From IMG/VR virus record IMGVR_UViG_3300034272_002779: a stretch of DNA of 64,000 bases, one strand, 5' to 3'. A program made the translations under genes and the position numbers. Shown piece by piece: positions 1 to 10,571 of the stretch. The notes beneath the pieces were generated by a model. It had not been told where the DNA came from. It was given only the letters and a program-made list of their open reading frames with translations, and did no database searches. Each line of letters opens with the position of its first letter. Positions within the stretch are counted from its first letter, which is position 1. The stretch comes from an uncultured virus (IMG/VR IMGVR_UViG_3300034272_002779) (taxonomy: Duplodnaviria; Heunggongvirae; Uroviricota; Caudoviricetes).

Positions 1-1574
1 GCAAATTTTCTGGTAGTATATAATGGGCTCTCGTCCCATTGATTCTGTGGTTGGAGTGCTACAAATTGTAGTGTTACAACCTCATCTCCGTTTTTAAGGG
101 TATTCTGATTATTGGTAATATCATATCCTCCCCAATCTATTTCCCCGTTATTTGGATTAATATAAGTTAACCATTGCATTGCAGAAGATGATGAATAAAC
201 TCCCTTAAATGAAAGTAGGTCCTCGTTATATTTTAATCCAAATTGAAGTGAACTTAATTCGATGCCATTAGTTAATACCTTAACTGGTACGTTTACTAAA
301 TTTCCCTCTTGTACTGATATGTGTGGTACGTTAACTTCTATAGTAGAAGTTGGGAAATCATATTCCACTTTAGTATCGATTACATTGTAGATTTGATTCT
401 CTAATCCTGGAGCAGGCCCAACTATTACTTCGATTGGTGTTACACGAGCCATATTATAGCCAGTTCCATTGGCATCTCCCGGTACAGACACGTAATAAAC
501 TACTGAATCAGGTTGACCTGGTAAAATTTCAAATGTGAAGTTTGTTGTTCCTGCTATTGATGCAGTGTAGTTAGTTGAAGATCCGTTGATTGTGTTATAT
601 TCTGATTGAGTAAAGAATTTAACGTCTTTAGTGTTATTTGGCCAAACGTTGAATCTGCCCGAGATTCTACCAAATACTCCCCAAGCGTCGGATATTGTTA
701 CGTTGTTTGATCCATTAACATCTGCTGCATAGTAATCAAATCCTGTCATAGTACCGTTACCTAATACCCATTGGTTTATTAGCTGAGCATCCGCAGTTGA
801 GATGATGTTACCGACTGTCATTGAATCACCTTGTACTGCTAATCTTACATCCCAATAGGTTGTATCCAGAGGAACAGATATAGCAAAGTCACCATTTATG
901 TCAGTAACGTATGTTGAGTGTTGTGTCCAAGTGTTACCTCCAAACGGTCTTCTCTGTAAAGCTAATGTTAAGTTCTTAGCTGGTGTTCCAGTTACGTTGG
1001 TGAATGTTCCATGGTAAGCAAAGTTTACTGGAGTAAATACACCGCCGTAATTGTGTACACTTAGTGTGGTATCCATACCGTCTTGTTTAGCAGCATACGG
1101 GGTAAAGGTCTGAGCTCCCGACCATGTCAAGTTGGATATGGAAACTAAGTTATTAAATGTAGCTGCTGGTGCATGAGTAAATGTTATTAAGAATCTCTCA
1201 CCGTTTGGTATCGTATAAGTAGCACTTGAACCAGTGTAAACTAGAGTTATAGTAATGTATCCGTTTGCTGTGTTTGTTATGTACTGTAGATCCAAGTTTG
1301 TCGGAGATCCGATCAAAGACACAGTAGCATTTGTGAAAGCTACATTATCGTAAAATACTCTAAATTGAACACCCGCAAATTTTGTAAGCGTTGTGTTTTG
1401 TAGAGTGATCTTAGCGTTTGTAGTTCCTTGAGCTGATGTTCCAATCTGATATTGAGCATCAATAATACCCCATAATCCGTTGGATGGAGCTGCCGGAACA
1501 GCCTGTGCAAAAAGGTGGTCCGTTGTTAACGAAAGCAAGCTTAAAAGCAGTGCTAAAATAATTTTGTTTTTCAT
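1..1574 (-). CDS. Secreted cohesin/dockerin-like domain surface protein (3' end runs off window)
   Basis: Not in ORF track. Manual translation from ATG 1574 (MKNKIILALLLSLLSLTTDHLFAQ, Sec signal peptide) stays open to the window edge. Cohesin-like segments (AGVQFRVFYD; NVPVKV...SSLQFGLKYNEDLLSF) flank a dockerin-like Ca-binding motif (AADVNGSNNVTISDA). Confidence 0.75.
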   Translation of the reverse strand, partial: MKNKIILALLLSLLSLTTDHLFAQAVPAAPSNGLWGIIDAQYQIGTSAQGTTNAKITLQNTTLTKFAGVQFRVFYDNVAFTNATVSLIGSPTNLDLQYITNTANGYITITLVYTGSSATYTIPNGERFLITFTHAPAATFNNLVSISNLTWSGAQTFTPYAAKQDGMDTTLSVHNYGGVFTPVNFAYHGTFTNVTGTPAKNLTLALQRRPFGGNTWTQHSTYVTDINGDFAISVPLDTTYWDVRLAVQGDSMTVGNIISTADAQLINQWVLGNGTMTGFDYYAADVNGSNNVTISDAWGVFGRISGRFNVWPNNTKDVKFFTQSEYNTINGSSTNYTASIAGTTNFTFEILPGQPDSVVYYVSVPGDANGTGYNMARVTPIEVIVGPAPGLENQIYNVIDTKVEYDFPTSTIEVNVPHISVQEGNLVNVPVKVLTNGIELSSLQFGLKYNEDLLSFKGVYSSSSAMQWLTYINPNNGEIDWGGYDITNNQNTLKNGDEVVTLQFVALQPQNQWDESPLYTTRKF

Positions 1575-1627
1575 GATCTAAAAATGTTTGTTTTGGTTGT
1601 TTTGGTTTTTTGGGTTCTTAGTAGGTA

Positions 1628-2458
1628 TTACGAGCTAAGAGCTTTGTAATATTCCTTAAAGTGTTTAATTCTATCAGCTAATCCGATTGTTCCTCCATTT
1701 ACTCTTTTAGTAACTGCAGTAACAGTTGCATCATCAGCTCCTCTATCGCAAATAGACCAAAGTTTATTTGAATCAAAAAAGAATGCTGCTGAAGCTAAAG
1801 GATATTTAGTAGCAACTAGATCCGGATTTGAAACACAATCTTCTCCGATAAACTTTGTGAAATTTGTGTAGTTTGATTTTCCTGTCAATTGGATGTATCC
1901 TCTACCTCTGAACTTGAAACCTTCTTTAGATGATTCATCACCGTTACCCATTCTAGATGCGTAAACTCTGGAAGCTATCTTCTCAGGTTGGCGAGCGTAT
2001 GATTCATTAAGATTACCCGGAAAATATTTTCCAAAGATTTTCTTTAGTCCATCAGCAGAATAGTTGAGATTTTCGCTAACCGCTTTGAAACCACCAGATT
2101 CATGCCCGCACTGTGCTAAGAAGTGTGCTAGTCTCAGATTGTTTGTAATATTAAATTTCTTTGCAGTGTCTGGTATCTGGGCTAGAACTGCATCCGGAAC
2201 GTGACCTCTAAGACCCTCCAGATTTAAATTCTCCATTTTTGGAATGGATACCGGTGCTGCAGCTGGTGTATTACTTTCGCCAAACATCTTACTCCAAGTT
2301 CCAGATCCGACAATTCCATCGGCTGTTAATCCATTGGCTGCTTGCCATTCTTTAACTTTAGCTTCTGTTCCTGCTCCAAAAGCCCCGTCTGCATTTAAAC
2401 CTAATTTTTGCTGAAGTTTTTTTACATCTTCACCACTAGATCCTTTTTTTAGTAGCAT
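1628..2458 (-). CDS. Endolysin: N-terminal peptidoglycan-binding domain + GH19 catalytic domain
   Basis: DGAFGAGT/DGIVGSGT PG_binding_1 repeats; AHFLAQCGHES, ENLNYS, FRGRGYIQLTG and TKRVNGG GH19 motifs. Confidence 0.92.
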   Translation of the reverse strand: MLLKKGSSGEDVKKLQQKLGLNADGAFGAGTEAKVKEWQAANGLTADGIVGSGTWSKMFGESNTPAAAPVSIPKMENLNLEGLRGHVPDAVLAQIPDTAKKFNITNNLRLAHFLAQCGHESGGFKAVSENLNYSADGLKKIFGKYFPGNLNESYARQPEKIASRVYASRMGNGDESSKEGFKFRGRGYIQLTGKSNYTNFTKFIGEDCVSNPDLVATKYPLASAAFFFDSNKLWSICDRGADDATVTAVTKRVNGGTIGLADRIKHFKEYYKALSS

Positions 2459-2565
2459 AATTTTTTATTTTTTTTCTATATATCCCCCCATAAATCGAAA
2501 ACATCCCCCTATATTTTTTAATATCCGCAACTTTTTAATATGTTTGAGTTATATAAAAATAAAGG

Positions 2566-2847
2566 ATGCACGAAAAACCACTTTTACAGGATTTTAAGGC
2601 AGAAACTGCTGGAGAGAATTGCATAAAAATAACCGTAGATCCGGATCTAAATCTGGAAGGAGCATGTTTAAAGATTCTGGGATCATCCAGAAATCTTTTG
2701 GTAACAGTTAAGCCGGTCAACCTCGTAAATGAGATATGTCTATCTACTGGCAATCCCATGTTTGTTGAGCTGGTAACTCCTTGTGGGATATCTGTTCAAT
2801 ATGTAAAAGGATCTGGAAAGAATTTTTACATTCAAAATCTAAACTGA
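2566..2847 (+). CDS. Hypothetical protein
   Basis: 93 aa ORF with A-rich leader. Confidence 0.55.
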   Translation: MHEKPLLQDFKAETAGENCIKITVDPDLNLEGACLKILGSSRNLLVTVKPVNLVNEICLSTGNPMFVELVTPCGISVQYVKGSGKNFYIQNLN

Positions 2848-2895
2848 TGTCAGGATACGATCTATTCACTTTATTATTGGATAATAAGTCGATTT

Positions 2896-2928
2896 AATTT
2901 TTTTCCCCGAAACAGTTACTTATCTTTA
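2896..2928 (+). promoter_or_regulatory. Early promoter (T-tract-CCCG-N11-TATCTTTA), representative of ~19 copies
   Basis: Fixed 12-nt distance from G to the TAnnTT(T/A)(G/A) element, which resembles the Bacteroidota -7 consensus TAnnTTTG. Other -7 elements at 10652, 14779, 21439, 27180, 29272, 32284, 42786, 42727(-), 51574, 52088, 52780, 55113, 57114, 57696, 59532, 61288, 62367, 63748 (13-nt spacing in the last). Confidence 0.8.
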
Positions 2929-2947
2929 CGTTAAGAAATTGAAAAAG

Positions 2948-3385
2948 ATGACACTTAAAAAAAGAATTAACACCGATTACATGATCGCTTTCAAGGAAAG
3001 AGACATGCTAAAGAAAAATTTACTTTCCGTAATCAAAGGAGGAATTGAATTGGCAGAAAAAAATAAAAACGTACAGGATCTAAGCGACGAGGATGTAACT
3101 GCCATTCTAAACCAAGCTGCTAAGGCATCGAAGGAAACTATCGGGAAGATGGAAGATGGACAAATTAGGGATTTCGCAAAAGAGGAGCTAAAGATCATAG
3201 AAAGCTATCTACCTAAGCAAATGACCGAGGATGAGATTGTAGATAAAATCAATGAGCTTATCTCGAATGGTGCTTCCTCTACAGGAGAAATCATGAGAGG
3301 CTTTGCTGGTCTTCCTGCTGACAGAAAGATGGTTTCCGAGATCTACCTCTCGAAAATTAATAAGCTCGAAAATAAAATCGACTAA
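2948..3385 (+). CDS. GatB/YqeY domain protein
   Basis: MTLKKRINTDYMIAFK and ELKIIESYLPKQMTEDEI are typical of YqeY. Confidence 0.85.
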   Translation: MTLKKRINTDYMIAFKERDMLKKNLLSVIKGGIELAEKNKNVQDLSDEDVTAILNQAAKASKETIGKMEDGQIRDFAKEELKIIESYLPKQMTEDEIVDKINELISNGASSTGEIMRGFAGLPADRKMVSEIYLSKINKLENKID

Positions 3386-3386
3386 C

Positions 3387-3491
3387 ATGGAAAATTTACA
3401 TCCAGTAGCACAAGTAGTAGCTATCATAGTAATTGGTGTAATCGCTTGTGTATACTTGCTAGGCATTACAGGTTATTTTGATAAGGAATGA
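3387..3491 (+). CDS. Small membrane protein
   Basis: ATG 3387, single hydrophobic helix, tightly packed between neighbours. Confidence 0.55.
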   Translation: MENLHPVAQVVAIIVIGVIACVYLLGITGYFDKE

Positions 3492-3841
3492 GAACCTTTG
3501 TTTTCTATAAAGAGATTAGCGGCAGATGGTATGTTGACTTACCCGAATGGGAAGGAAGCAAGGACGATCTCGAGATGATTGCTGGTGCCGACTCTTTTTT
3601 AGAAATCTTATCGCAGGGGGAAGAGGAGATATGTGTCACTCTTTCGGTTCTTGATTTCGATGGATCTGGCAAACTAGAATTGATAAAACCAGGTAGAATC
3701 GAAGGCTGGGAAATGGGCGAAGGATCTTGGTACAGATTAAACAACTATATAGGGATAGAATATGAACTGGATATGTGGCTATGTGATGTTACTAAGTTTG
3801 TATTTGGGTATTTCCCGGAAATAATTTATTTTAAAAGATGA
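3488..3841 (+). CDS. Conserved hypothetical protein
   Basis: 117 aa ORF, ATGA overlaps, WYVDLPEW...DLEMIAGAD motif. Confidence 0.7.
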   Translation: MRTFVFYKEISGRWYVDLPEWEGSKDDLEMIAGADSFLEILSQGEEEICVTLSVLDFDGSGKLELIKPGRIEGWEMGEGSWYRLNNYIGIEYELDMWLCDVTKFVFGYFPEIIYFKR

Positions 3842-4470
3842 GCGAAAAAGAAATAATCGTGAGAATTGAGACCCTGAAAAAATACATTAGTGAAAGCGCA
3901 GACTCGGATCCTAGAGATGCCTATGAAATCCGTCACTGGAAGATGGAGATAGCTGATCTTGAAAATGCTTTAAGCACGATTAGAGACAAGAAAAATTCTC
4001 CCGAGCCTTGGCTTAGAGCTAGTATCGAGATTACCAAGCCTATAGTTCTCATTGATATGGATGGCGTTATCTGCGATTTCGATAAGAGAGCTAAGGAATT
4101 GGAAGCTAAGGGTGTAAAGGGACACAGTCTTTTTAGACACACTGAAGCATATAAAGATCTTGAGCCAATCGAAGGAGCTATTGATGCTTGGATCGCACTT
4201 CAGGAAAAATACGAAACCTATATCTTAAGCACACCACCGTGGAGTAATCCAGATGCATGGGCAGAGAAAAGATCATGGGTACAAAGGTATTTGGGTGACA
4301 CATCTAAAAAGAAACTAATTCTTTGCCACAATAAAGGATTGGTTAAGGGGGATTTTCTTATAGATGACCGAATCGCCAACGGTGTTGCAGATTTTAGCGG
4401 AGAACACATTCACTTCGGACAGGATAAATTTCCGGGATGGAAGGAGGTTATGACTTATTTAGGACATTGA
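3838..4470 (+). CDS. 5'(3')-deoxyribonucleotidase (NT5C, HAD family)
   Basis: IDMDGVICDF, ILSTPPW, EKRSWV, GDFLIDDR motifs. Confidence 0.88.
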   Translation: MSEKEIIVRIETLKKYISESADSDPRDAYEIRHWKMEIADLENALSTIRDKKNSPEPWLRASIEITKPIVLIDMDGVICDFDKRAKELEAKGVKGHSLFRHTEAYKDLEPIEGAIDAWIALQEKYETYILSTPPWSNPDAWAEKRSWVQRYLGDTSKKKLILCHNKGLVKGDFLIDDRIANGVADFSGEHIHFGQDKFPGWKEVMTYLGH

Positions 4471-4503
4471 AAACAATGTCATACCATTTAAACAACAAGA
4501 AAA

Positions 4504-4866
4504 ATGACAAAAGAATTTGTACCCTATGAGTTGGCTTTAAAACTCAAACAACTTGGATTTGATGAACCTTGTTTTGCGTGGTATGTTAGTGAGTCATATG
4601 GTTTAGCATATGGGGAAGCGGTTAAATCCGATTTGATAAAAGATGGAATAGTTGCACCAACATTTTCACAAGCATTTAGATGGTTTAGAGAAAAACAATT
4701 TCTTATTGATGTGACAAGTCTTAATAGCGATGAATATGAGTTTTATATTAAATGGTCATTTGCATATTCATTTCTTTCAGATATCTATAAAACCTATGAA
4801 GAAGCGGAGCTTGCTTGTCTTGACAAATTGATTGAAATTGTAGAACTTAAACAACGGGAACAATGA
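4504..4866 (+). CDS. Conserved phage hypothetical protein
   Basis: EFVPYELALKLKQLGFDEPC...APTFSQAFRWFREK...TYEEAELACL, a family I recall from Bacteroidota phages. Confidence 0.75.
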   Translation: MTKEFVPYELALKLKQLGFDEPCFAWYVSESYGLAYGEAVKSDLIKDGIVAPTFSQAFRWFREKQFLIDVTSLNSDEYEFYIKWSFAYSFLSDIYKTYEEAELACLDKLIEIVELKQREQ

Positions 4867-4935
4867 AAGATATAAACATTCATAACAAAGAGTATTACTT
4901 GTGGCGTATTGAAAACAATTAAAATAAAATAAAAT

Positions 4936-5613
4936 ATGATTTACTTATCAATCGATCTCGAAACTACCGGTCTAGAGAAGGACAAATACCAGATTCTTTC
5001 ATTCGGAGCTATCCTTGAGGACACAGAAAAAAAACTCCCTTATGATGAAATTCCTAAATTCCATGCTGCAATCTTGCACAACGAGATAACGGGATCTCCA
5101 TTTGCTATGAATATGAACAAGAAGATAATAGAGGCTATTGTCCAGTACCAAACAGCAAAGGATCAGGACGAGAAAAACGATATTGTTCAGATGACGGGCA
5201 TGCAATTCTACCACGAGAGCGATTTAGTCGAAGGATTTTATCGATGGCTATATGATAATGGTGTGGTGGAATTTAACCCGGATATGCTCAATGGTCAAAT
5301 GGTCAAGCTAGAAAACGGGAAAACATATCCCATGATTACATCCAAAACGAAGCCAGTTACTATAAATGTAGCAGGAAAGAATTTTGCTTCTTTTGATAAG
5401 CATTTCGTCGATCGTCTACCGAGATGGCAGCAGCTTATAAGAATCAGGCAGAGAATAATTGACCCCGCAGTTATTTTTACAGATTGGAAAAACGATAAGG
5501 CATTACCTGCACTTTATGATTGTAAGAAGAGAGCTAAAGTGGAGGGAGTAGTTACTCACGATGCTTTGGAAGACTCTTGGGACGTAATACAGCTTTTAAG
5601 AACCCAGTATTGA
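4936..5613 (+). CDS. DEDDh 3'-5' exonuclease (DnaQ-like)
   Basis: SIDLETTG, AGKNFASFD, THDALED motifs. Confidence 0.85.
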   Translation: MIYLSIDLETTGLEKDKYQILSFGAILEDTEKKLPYDEIPKFHAAILHNEITGSPFAMNMNKKIIEAIVQYQTAKDQDEKNDIVQMTGMQFYHESDLVEGFYRWLYDNGVVEFNPDMLNGQMVKLENGKTYPMITSKTKPVTINVAGKNFASFDKHFVDRLPRWQQLIRIRQRIIDPAVIFTDWKNDKALPALYDCKKRAKVEGVVTHDALEDSWDVIQLLRTQY

Positions 5614-5744
5614 TGGTATGAGAAATAGAAATAAGGTAGCAGTAAATAAGGATCTTTCGTTAATTAGAAAAATTCTAAGATCGAAGAAGTTGAAGAAATT
5701 AAAATCTATAGATTTTTACAAAAATCCTGAATTTGATTAATCAC

Positions 5745-5779
5745 AAAAAAAACCTAGATCTTTCAATCTAGGTTTTTTT
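5745..5779. terminator. Bidirectional intrinsic terminator
   Basis: AAAAAAACCTAGA-tctttcaa-TCTAGGTTTTTTT between convergent genes. Confidence 0.8.
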
Positions 5780-5795
5780 ATTTTATTGTTATCGT

Positions 5796-7211
5796 TTAAT
5801 GAGAAGAATCTCTAAATCTAACACCATCAATCTTACTCACCCTTTCATAAAGTCCTCTTTGTTTAGACTCGTTTAGATATTTAGATAGTTCTTTTACCCT
5901 ATCGAAGTCTCTAGCATCGATCGCATCGTCGATCAATCTACTAATTTCTTTTTGAGACATATTAGCGTAATCTGGTTCTCCCTCCGGCTCTTCTGTTGCG
6001 GTTGGATACTCCTTGTAATCATCTGAATCTATACCAGCCATTGCCAATTCATAGTCTTTCAATTCCTGAACTATCTCATCGATAATTTCCTGAACCCCTT
6101 CTTTGGCTTTAGGATCCTCTGATAAAATCATCAGCATTAACTTTAGAAAATCATCAGCAGGCATGAGCATGAGCTTACCAAAAACATGCTCTCTTAAGTT
6201 TGGTACATCTGCAGACTCTGGAAATTCGTTGATAAAATCTCTAAGGTCTCCTGCAATCTCCGGCCCATATCTAAGATCCTCAATTTCATCTGCTAAGGTA
6301 TCAGTGTTATCTATAACCATTTGAGCGGATTCTTCGTCTTCCGGAATAGCACAAGCAGCGATTAGCTCATATATTCCTTTAACTGTTTCATGCAAAAGCA
6401 TAGCAAAGTCAGTACCAAGAACGTTTATCGTTGGTCTAACTGAATCGAAAAGCTCTTCAGTTTCTTCCTTAGGAAGTTCAGAATCGTCCATTAGCTCATC
6501 TAAAATTTGCTGTGCTAAGTCTTCCGAATCCTTAGATTCTTCTGGAGTTTCCCACTGAACTGAAACGGATCCAGAAAAACCAGATTTGTCTCTTTCCCAC
6601 ATCTCTTTTTGAACCTCCATTGGAATCATCCAATCGAAGAATCCAGCAATTTCAGTGATCTTATTCAGGGTAACCCGATATTCCTCACCAACTTCTCTAC
6701 CAAGGATCTCATATAAACCATCTCTAACTTCCGGAAGGTTCAACATTTTCTTGGTGTTCTTAGCTTCTCCCTGAGTTATGTTGTTTGCGATTTTTCTCTT
6801 GTGGATTTCTGAAATAATCCCAGCGTCTTGCAATTCTTTGAATTGTGGCATTTCTGCTGGTTCTGCTGGAACATTCTCCATGCTTTTCTTCATCTGGTCA
6901 CCTTTAGGAAATTTAATTCTTAATTCAACATCATTTAGAATATCTCCATACATGGTTCTGATAGCTCTTTCTGCTAAAGCCTCTAATTGAGCTTCCTTAC
7001 CTTTTTGAATAGCTTTCGCTCTAGAGACAAGACTCATGAATTGAGGGATGTCCCTTCCGTGGGTTCTTTGCAATTGAGCGTTTCTTTCCTCCGCCTTTCT
7101 CTCTATATCGGCTAGGTATTTTTTTCTTTGATCTCCCTCTCCCTCACCAGGTATTCCTGGATTTCCTCTAAGAGAAGCTTCATTTAGTCTGTCATGGAAT
7201 GATTTAATCAT
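5796..7211 (-). CDS. Hypothetical protein with N-terminal capsid-targeting-like leader
   Basis: 471 aa acidic ORF, leader MIKSFHDRLNE. Confidence 0.75.
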   Translation of the reverse strand: MIKSFHDRLNEASLRGNPGIPGEGEGDQRKKYLADIERKAEERNAQLQRTHGRDIPQFMSLVSRAKAIQKGKEAQLEALAERAIRTMYGDILNDVELRIKFPKGDQMKKSMENVPAEPAEMPQFKELQDAGIISEIHKRKIANNITQGEAKNTKKMLNLPEVRDGLYEILGREVGEEYRVTLNKITEIAGFFDWMIPMEVQKEMWERDKSGFSGSVSVQWETPEESKDSEDLAQQILDELMDDSELPKEETEELFDSVRPTINVLGTDFAMLLHETVKGIYELIAACAIPEDEESAQMVIDNTDTLADEIEDLRYGPEIAGDLRDFINEFPESADVPNLREHVFGKLMLMPADDFLKLMLMILSEDPKAKEGVQEIIDEIVQELKDYELAMAGIDSDDYKEYPTATEEPEGEPDYANMSQKEISRLIDDAIDARDFDRVKELSKYLNESKQRGLYERVSKIDGVRFRDSSH

Positions 7212-7464
7212 CGTATCTGGATTTTAGTTTTGATAAGTCGAATTTAATTGCCATTTTGCTTTTTCTTAATTCTGTCATGAATCTTTTCATAACATCATCA
7301 ATCTTAGCTTTAGGTCTAGGATCAACAGAAGGCTTGTCCCTTCTGATAGGTCCTGGCTTGGACGGAGTTGTGCCTGGGGTTGTTCCTGGCTTAATATCTG
7401 GCCTAGTCGGAGCTGTTCCGGGTCTGGTGGCCAAAAACTCATTCATTTTTGTAATTATTGCCAT
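7204..7464 (-). CDS. Pro/Thr-rich hypothetical protein
   Basis: 86 aa, leader MAIITKMNEF; ATATATA motif at ~7487-7494. Confidence 0.7.
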   Translation of the reverse strand: MAIITKMNEFLATRPGTAPTRPDIKPGTTPGTTPSKPGPIRRDKPSVDPRPKAKIDDVMKRFMTELRKSKMAIKFDLSKLKSRYDD

Positions 7465-7513
7465 TCTTTTATGATTTAGTTTTGAATATATATCGAAAGT
7501 AAATTTGTATAAA

Positions 7514-9043
7514 ATGATGAAAAGCCTTAGCTTCCGAACTTTTTTTGAAGCTGTAGATCCTCTTAATGAGAGTCTTCAACCAGCCAAAGATTATCTATTA
7601 AAGAAACATGCAGACAAAAAGGAGATAAAAATCTCAGATATTCCAGAGGAAGACAAGAGAAGGATTCTTCAGAACCCTAGATATATTCAGGTTCGAGATT
7701 TAACTCAGAAGAATACTGGGTATACGCTACCATTCTTAAAGTTCTATCTGGAACAGAATGCAACGCTAGAGGAACTACAGGAGATCTTCGCTCTGTTAAC
7801 AAAATACAAGAACACTTTATCAGACCTTTCAATGTCTGTTGGTGACTATTCTAAATACGTACCAGGTGAGGATGACGAAGAGACTAAACCGGGATATGAA
7901 CTTCTTGGTGATGAGCTAAGAAGCTTTGAAAGAAGAAAGAAGGTTAAAGATTTCTTCCAAGAGATGACTCCGAGAATGAAGAAAGAATTCAACAAGGCAT
8001 CGGAAGAAGAAATTGAGGACCTAACTGCAATATCTAACCAGTTAAAGACACTACCTGATGTTGACGGTGAGAATGCTTGGAAGTCTTTTTCTAAGAATAT
8101 GAAGAAGTATGACGATACTAGAACATACACTGAATATTCAAATTCACGTACAGCATTCCTGGATATTAAAAAGGATGCTCTTAACTTTATAGAAGCATGG
8201 GGTAAAGGAGACGATGAGCTTCTAGCATCGCTGAAAAAATTAGGACCACAAGCTGGTATTCTCTATGCTAAAAACAAGTATATTGCAATGTCTGCAAGAA
8301 CACCGGAAGCAAATAGAGCAGTTTGTTCTGATACTGGCTGGTGTATTAAAACGGACTCTACATTCTGGTCATACGGTGGAGGTAGAATCCAATTAAATAT
8401 TATCGATAGAAACCGTCCGGTTTCTGATCCTAAGAGTTTGCTTGGTATCACAATAAACCCAGATGGAAGTGTACACACATCCCACGATAGACCAAATTCA
8501 AGAGTTAGCGGAAGAACTTATGTTGAAATTCTCAAGCAATATTACCCGCAGGAACTTGTTGATGCAGTTAAGGAAAGATTTGATAGAGAGGTTTCAATTA
8601 AGCTTGCTTTAGAGAAATACTTTAGAGATTCTTCCGGTCTAGACACTAAGAAAATCATAGAATCTCTAATCACATTAAGCAAAGGATTCCTATCTGGAGC
8701 GGTTCCGCCGGAAGACTGGGAACAAATCTCAGGAACTGTTGCTGAAATTATCTTCATAGAAAGAAAACTGACCAAGAGCGAGTTCATGAAAGTATTTAGG
8801 GATCATGGAATTTTCTCAGCTGCAACTTGGCACGTTTTCGATGCTATTGTTGGCACTGATTATTCCAAAGATGATATGGAAAAAATCGGGGAATCAGTTA
8901 AGAGAAATCTGAAGAACATGCAGGATCTTATCGATCTTAAAAAACAGGGTGTCCTAGATATTAAACCGAAGGATATGGAAAGCATGGAGGAAATTATCAA
9001 AAACCGAGATGAGGTTATGTCGGAGATCTCTAAAAGAATGTAA
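7514..9043 (+). CDS. Hypothetical protein (leader SFRTFFE..LNES; TGWCI motif)
   Basis: Long ORF, divergent from the ATATATA motif at 7487. Confidence 0.75.
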   Translation: MMKSLSFRTFFEAVDPLNESLQPAKDYLLKKHADKKEIKISDIPEEDKRRILQNPRYIQVRDLTQKNTGYTLPFLKFYLEQNATLEELQEIFALLTKYKNTLSDLSMSVGDYSKYVPGEDDEETKPGYELLGDELRSFERRKKVKDFFQEMTPRMKKEFNKASEEEIEDLTAISNQLKTLPDVDGENAWKSFSKNMKKYDDTRTYTEYSNSRTAFLDIKKDALNFIEAWGKGDDELLASLKKLGPQAGILYAKNKYIAMSARTPEANRAVCSDTGWCIKTDSTFWSYGGGRIQLNIIDRNRPVSDPKSLLGITINPDGSVHTSHDRPNSRVSGRTYVEILKQYYPQELVDAVKERFDREVSIKLALEKYFRDSSGLDTKKIIESLITLSKGFLSGAVPPEDWEQISGTVAEIIFIERKLTKSEFMKVFRDHGIFSAATWHVFDAIVGTDYSKDDMEKIGESVKRNLKNMQDLIDLKKQGVLDIKPKDMESMEEIIKNRDEVMSEISKRM

Positions 9044-9064
9044 AATCAAAAGCATAAATATAAA

Positions 9065-10315
9065 ATGGAAGAATTCAAAAATAACACAGTATCCATAGAT
9101 GAAATGGCCAGAAGAGGTCAATGGTACGGAACGACCGAAACTACTAGAGAGCTTACTGACTCATTTAATAACAGCGAAGAAGGACGAGATCTTCAGGCGA
9201 TTGGAGTCCAGATTGAAGCTAGGGATAGAGACACCATACTTCTAATTAGAAGAGGAGGTCCTATGGCAGACGTTGAGCTCTACAAGAATGAGGATGGCGA
9301 GTTCTGTTATGAGTACCTATCTAGCAAAGCTGGTGTTGAAAGATATGCACTTCACAAGTTCGATACTCCTGAGGCATGTTTAAGATCACTGCTCCTTAGA
9401 ATTATTAGAAATAATATTCCGGCAGCGATTATTCCTAAGAAAGATATCCCGAATATCAACTTCAACGAATTAGTTCCTGTTGGAGCTGCTTTAAGTATGC
9501 AGGATATCCTATCCAGAATGAAAGAAACTATTGCAGCGGACGAGTTAATTGATCCAGATGCTAATGCAGTTGAGGCTTTACCAACAATCAGAAACCTGGA
9601 GAATATGGGTATTGTCGGTAAGAGTCTTACTGGAAGTACCAGAGGTGATGTTATTAAAAAAGTTGATGTTATTGCTCCAAAATATAAATTTTACTCAAGA
9701 GCAGCCTCTAGAGTAGGTGAAATCTATGGTGAGATGATAGCACAAATATTGGGAGTTAGATATACAGATCTTAGTGGTACTATAAGACAAAGCAATGAGG
9801 TTTGGCGTGTAAATAACACCAATCGATTACCATTAAATGGAATCAACTTCAGAACAGGTGACAATTCAGTTAGATGTAACATCCAGGACAACGAGATCTT
9901 TGGATCGGTATTCATCGCTATCTTTAAAAGAACCTTTAAAAGGGCTAAGGGTAAATACGAGAAAGAACATTTACTTAAAGGAGGATATAGCTTTTTCACA
10001 ACAGCAAGAGGTACGAACAAAGAGGAACTACTCGTAGAGCTTAATGCACTCCTGTCCGATTACTTTACCGAGGCAGCGGAAAAACTAGAGCCTACAGTAT
10101 TTATAGATCCAGGAATGGAGGGATCACAAGTTCACGAGAACGCTAAAGCTCTCCTAATAAAATACCTTCTCAAAAAGGGATCAATGGATCTTAAAAGAGC
10201 AATCGGAGAGAATGACGAACTTAGCGATCTTGTAGATATGACTACTAGACACGAAGATATGGACGACTTAACAAGAAAACTAATCGACGTATCTAGAGCA
10301 CTTAGATTTGTATAA
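9065..10315 (+). CDS. Hypothetical protein
   Basis: 416 aa ORF. Confidence 0.75.
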   Translation: MEEFKNNTVSIDEMARRGQWYGTTETTRELTDSFNNSEEGRDLQAIGVQIEARDRDTILLIRRGGPMADVELYKNEDGEFCYEYLSSKAGVERYALHKFDTPEACLRSLLLRIIRNNIPAAIIPKKDIPNINFNELVPVGAALSMQDILSRMKETIAADELIDPDANAVEALPTIRNLENMGIVGKSLTGSTRGDVIKKVDVIAPKYKFYSRAASRVGEIYGEMIAQILGVRYTDLSGTIRQSNEVWRVNNTNRLPLNGINFRTGDNSVRCNIQDNEIFGSVFIAIFKRTFKRAKGKYEKEHLLKGGYSFFTTARGTNKEELLVELNALLSDYFTEAAEKLEPTVFIDPGMEGSQVHENAKALLIKYLLKKGSMDLKRAIGENDELSDLVDMTTRHEDMDDLTRKLIDVSRALRFV

Positions 10316-10325
10316 AGAATAGAAC

Positions 10326-10571
10326 ATGGAATTACAAGAAAGAAAAAGACAGGACTTATGCTCAGGATGTGGAAAGTCAATAGCTGATCCGGAAAAAGAA
10401 TGTCCCCACTGCGGAACATTCCCACATAAGGCATATCACGAAAGATCCGCTGCTAGTACTCTAGGTATAGCGAAATGGTTACAGAATGCTCCTGTCATGC
10501 AACCTAATCAGAAGCTAAGCGAAGATAATGGAGGTATGCAGAACCTAATTAGTTTCGAAGATTTCAAATAG
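10326..10571 (+). CDS. Zinc-ribbon protein
   Basis: CSGC...CPHC. Confidence 0.65.
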   Translation: MELQERKRQDLCSGCGKSIADPEKECPHCGTFPHKAYHERSAASTLGIAKWLQNAPVMQPNQKLSEDNGGMQNLISFEDFK

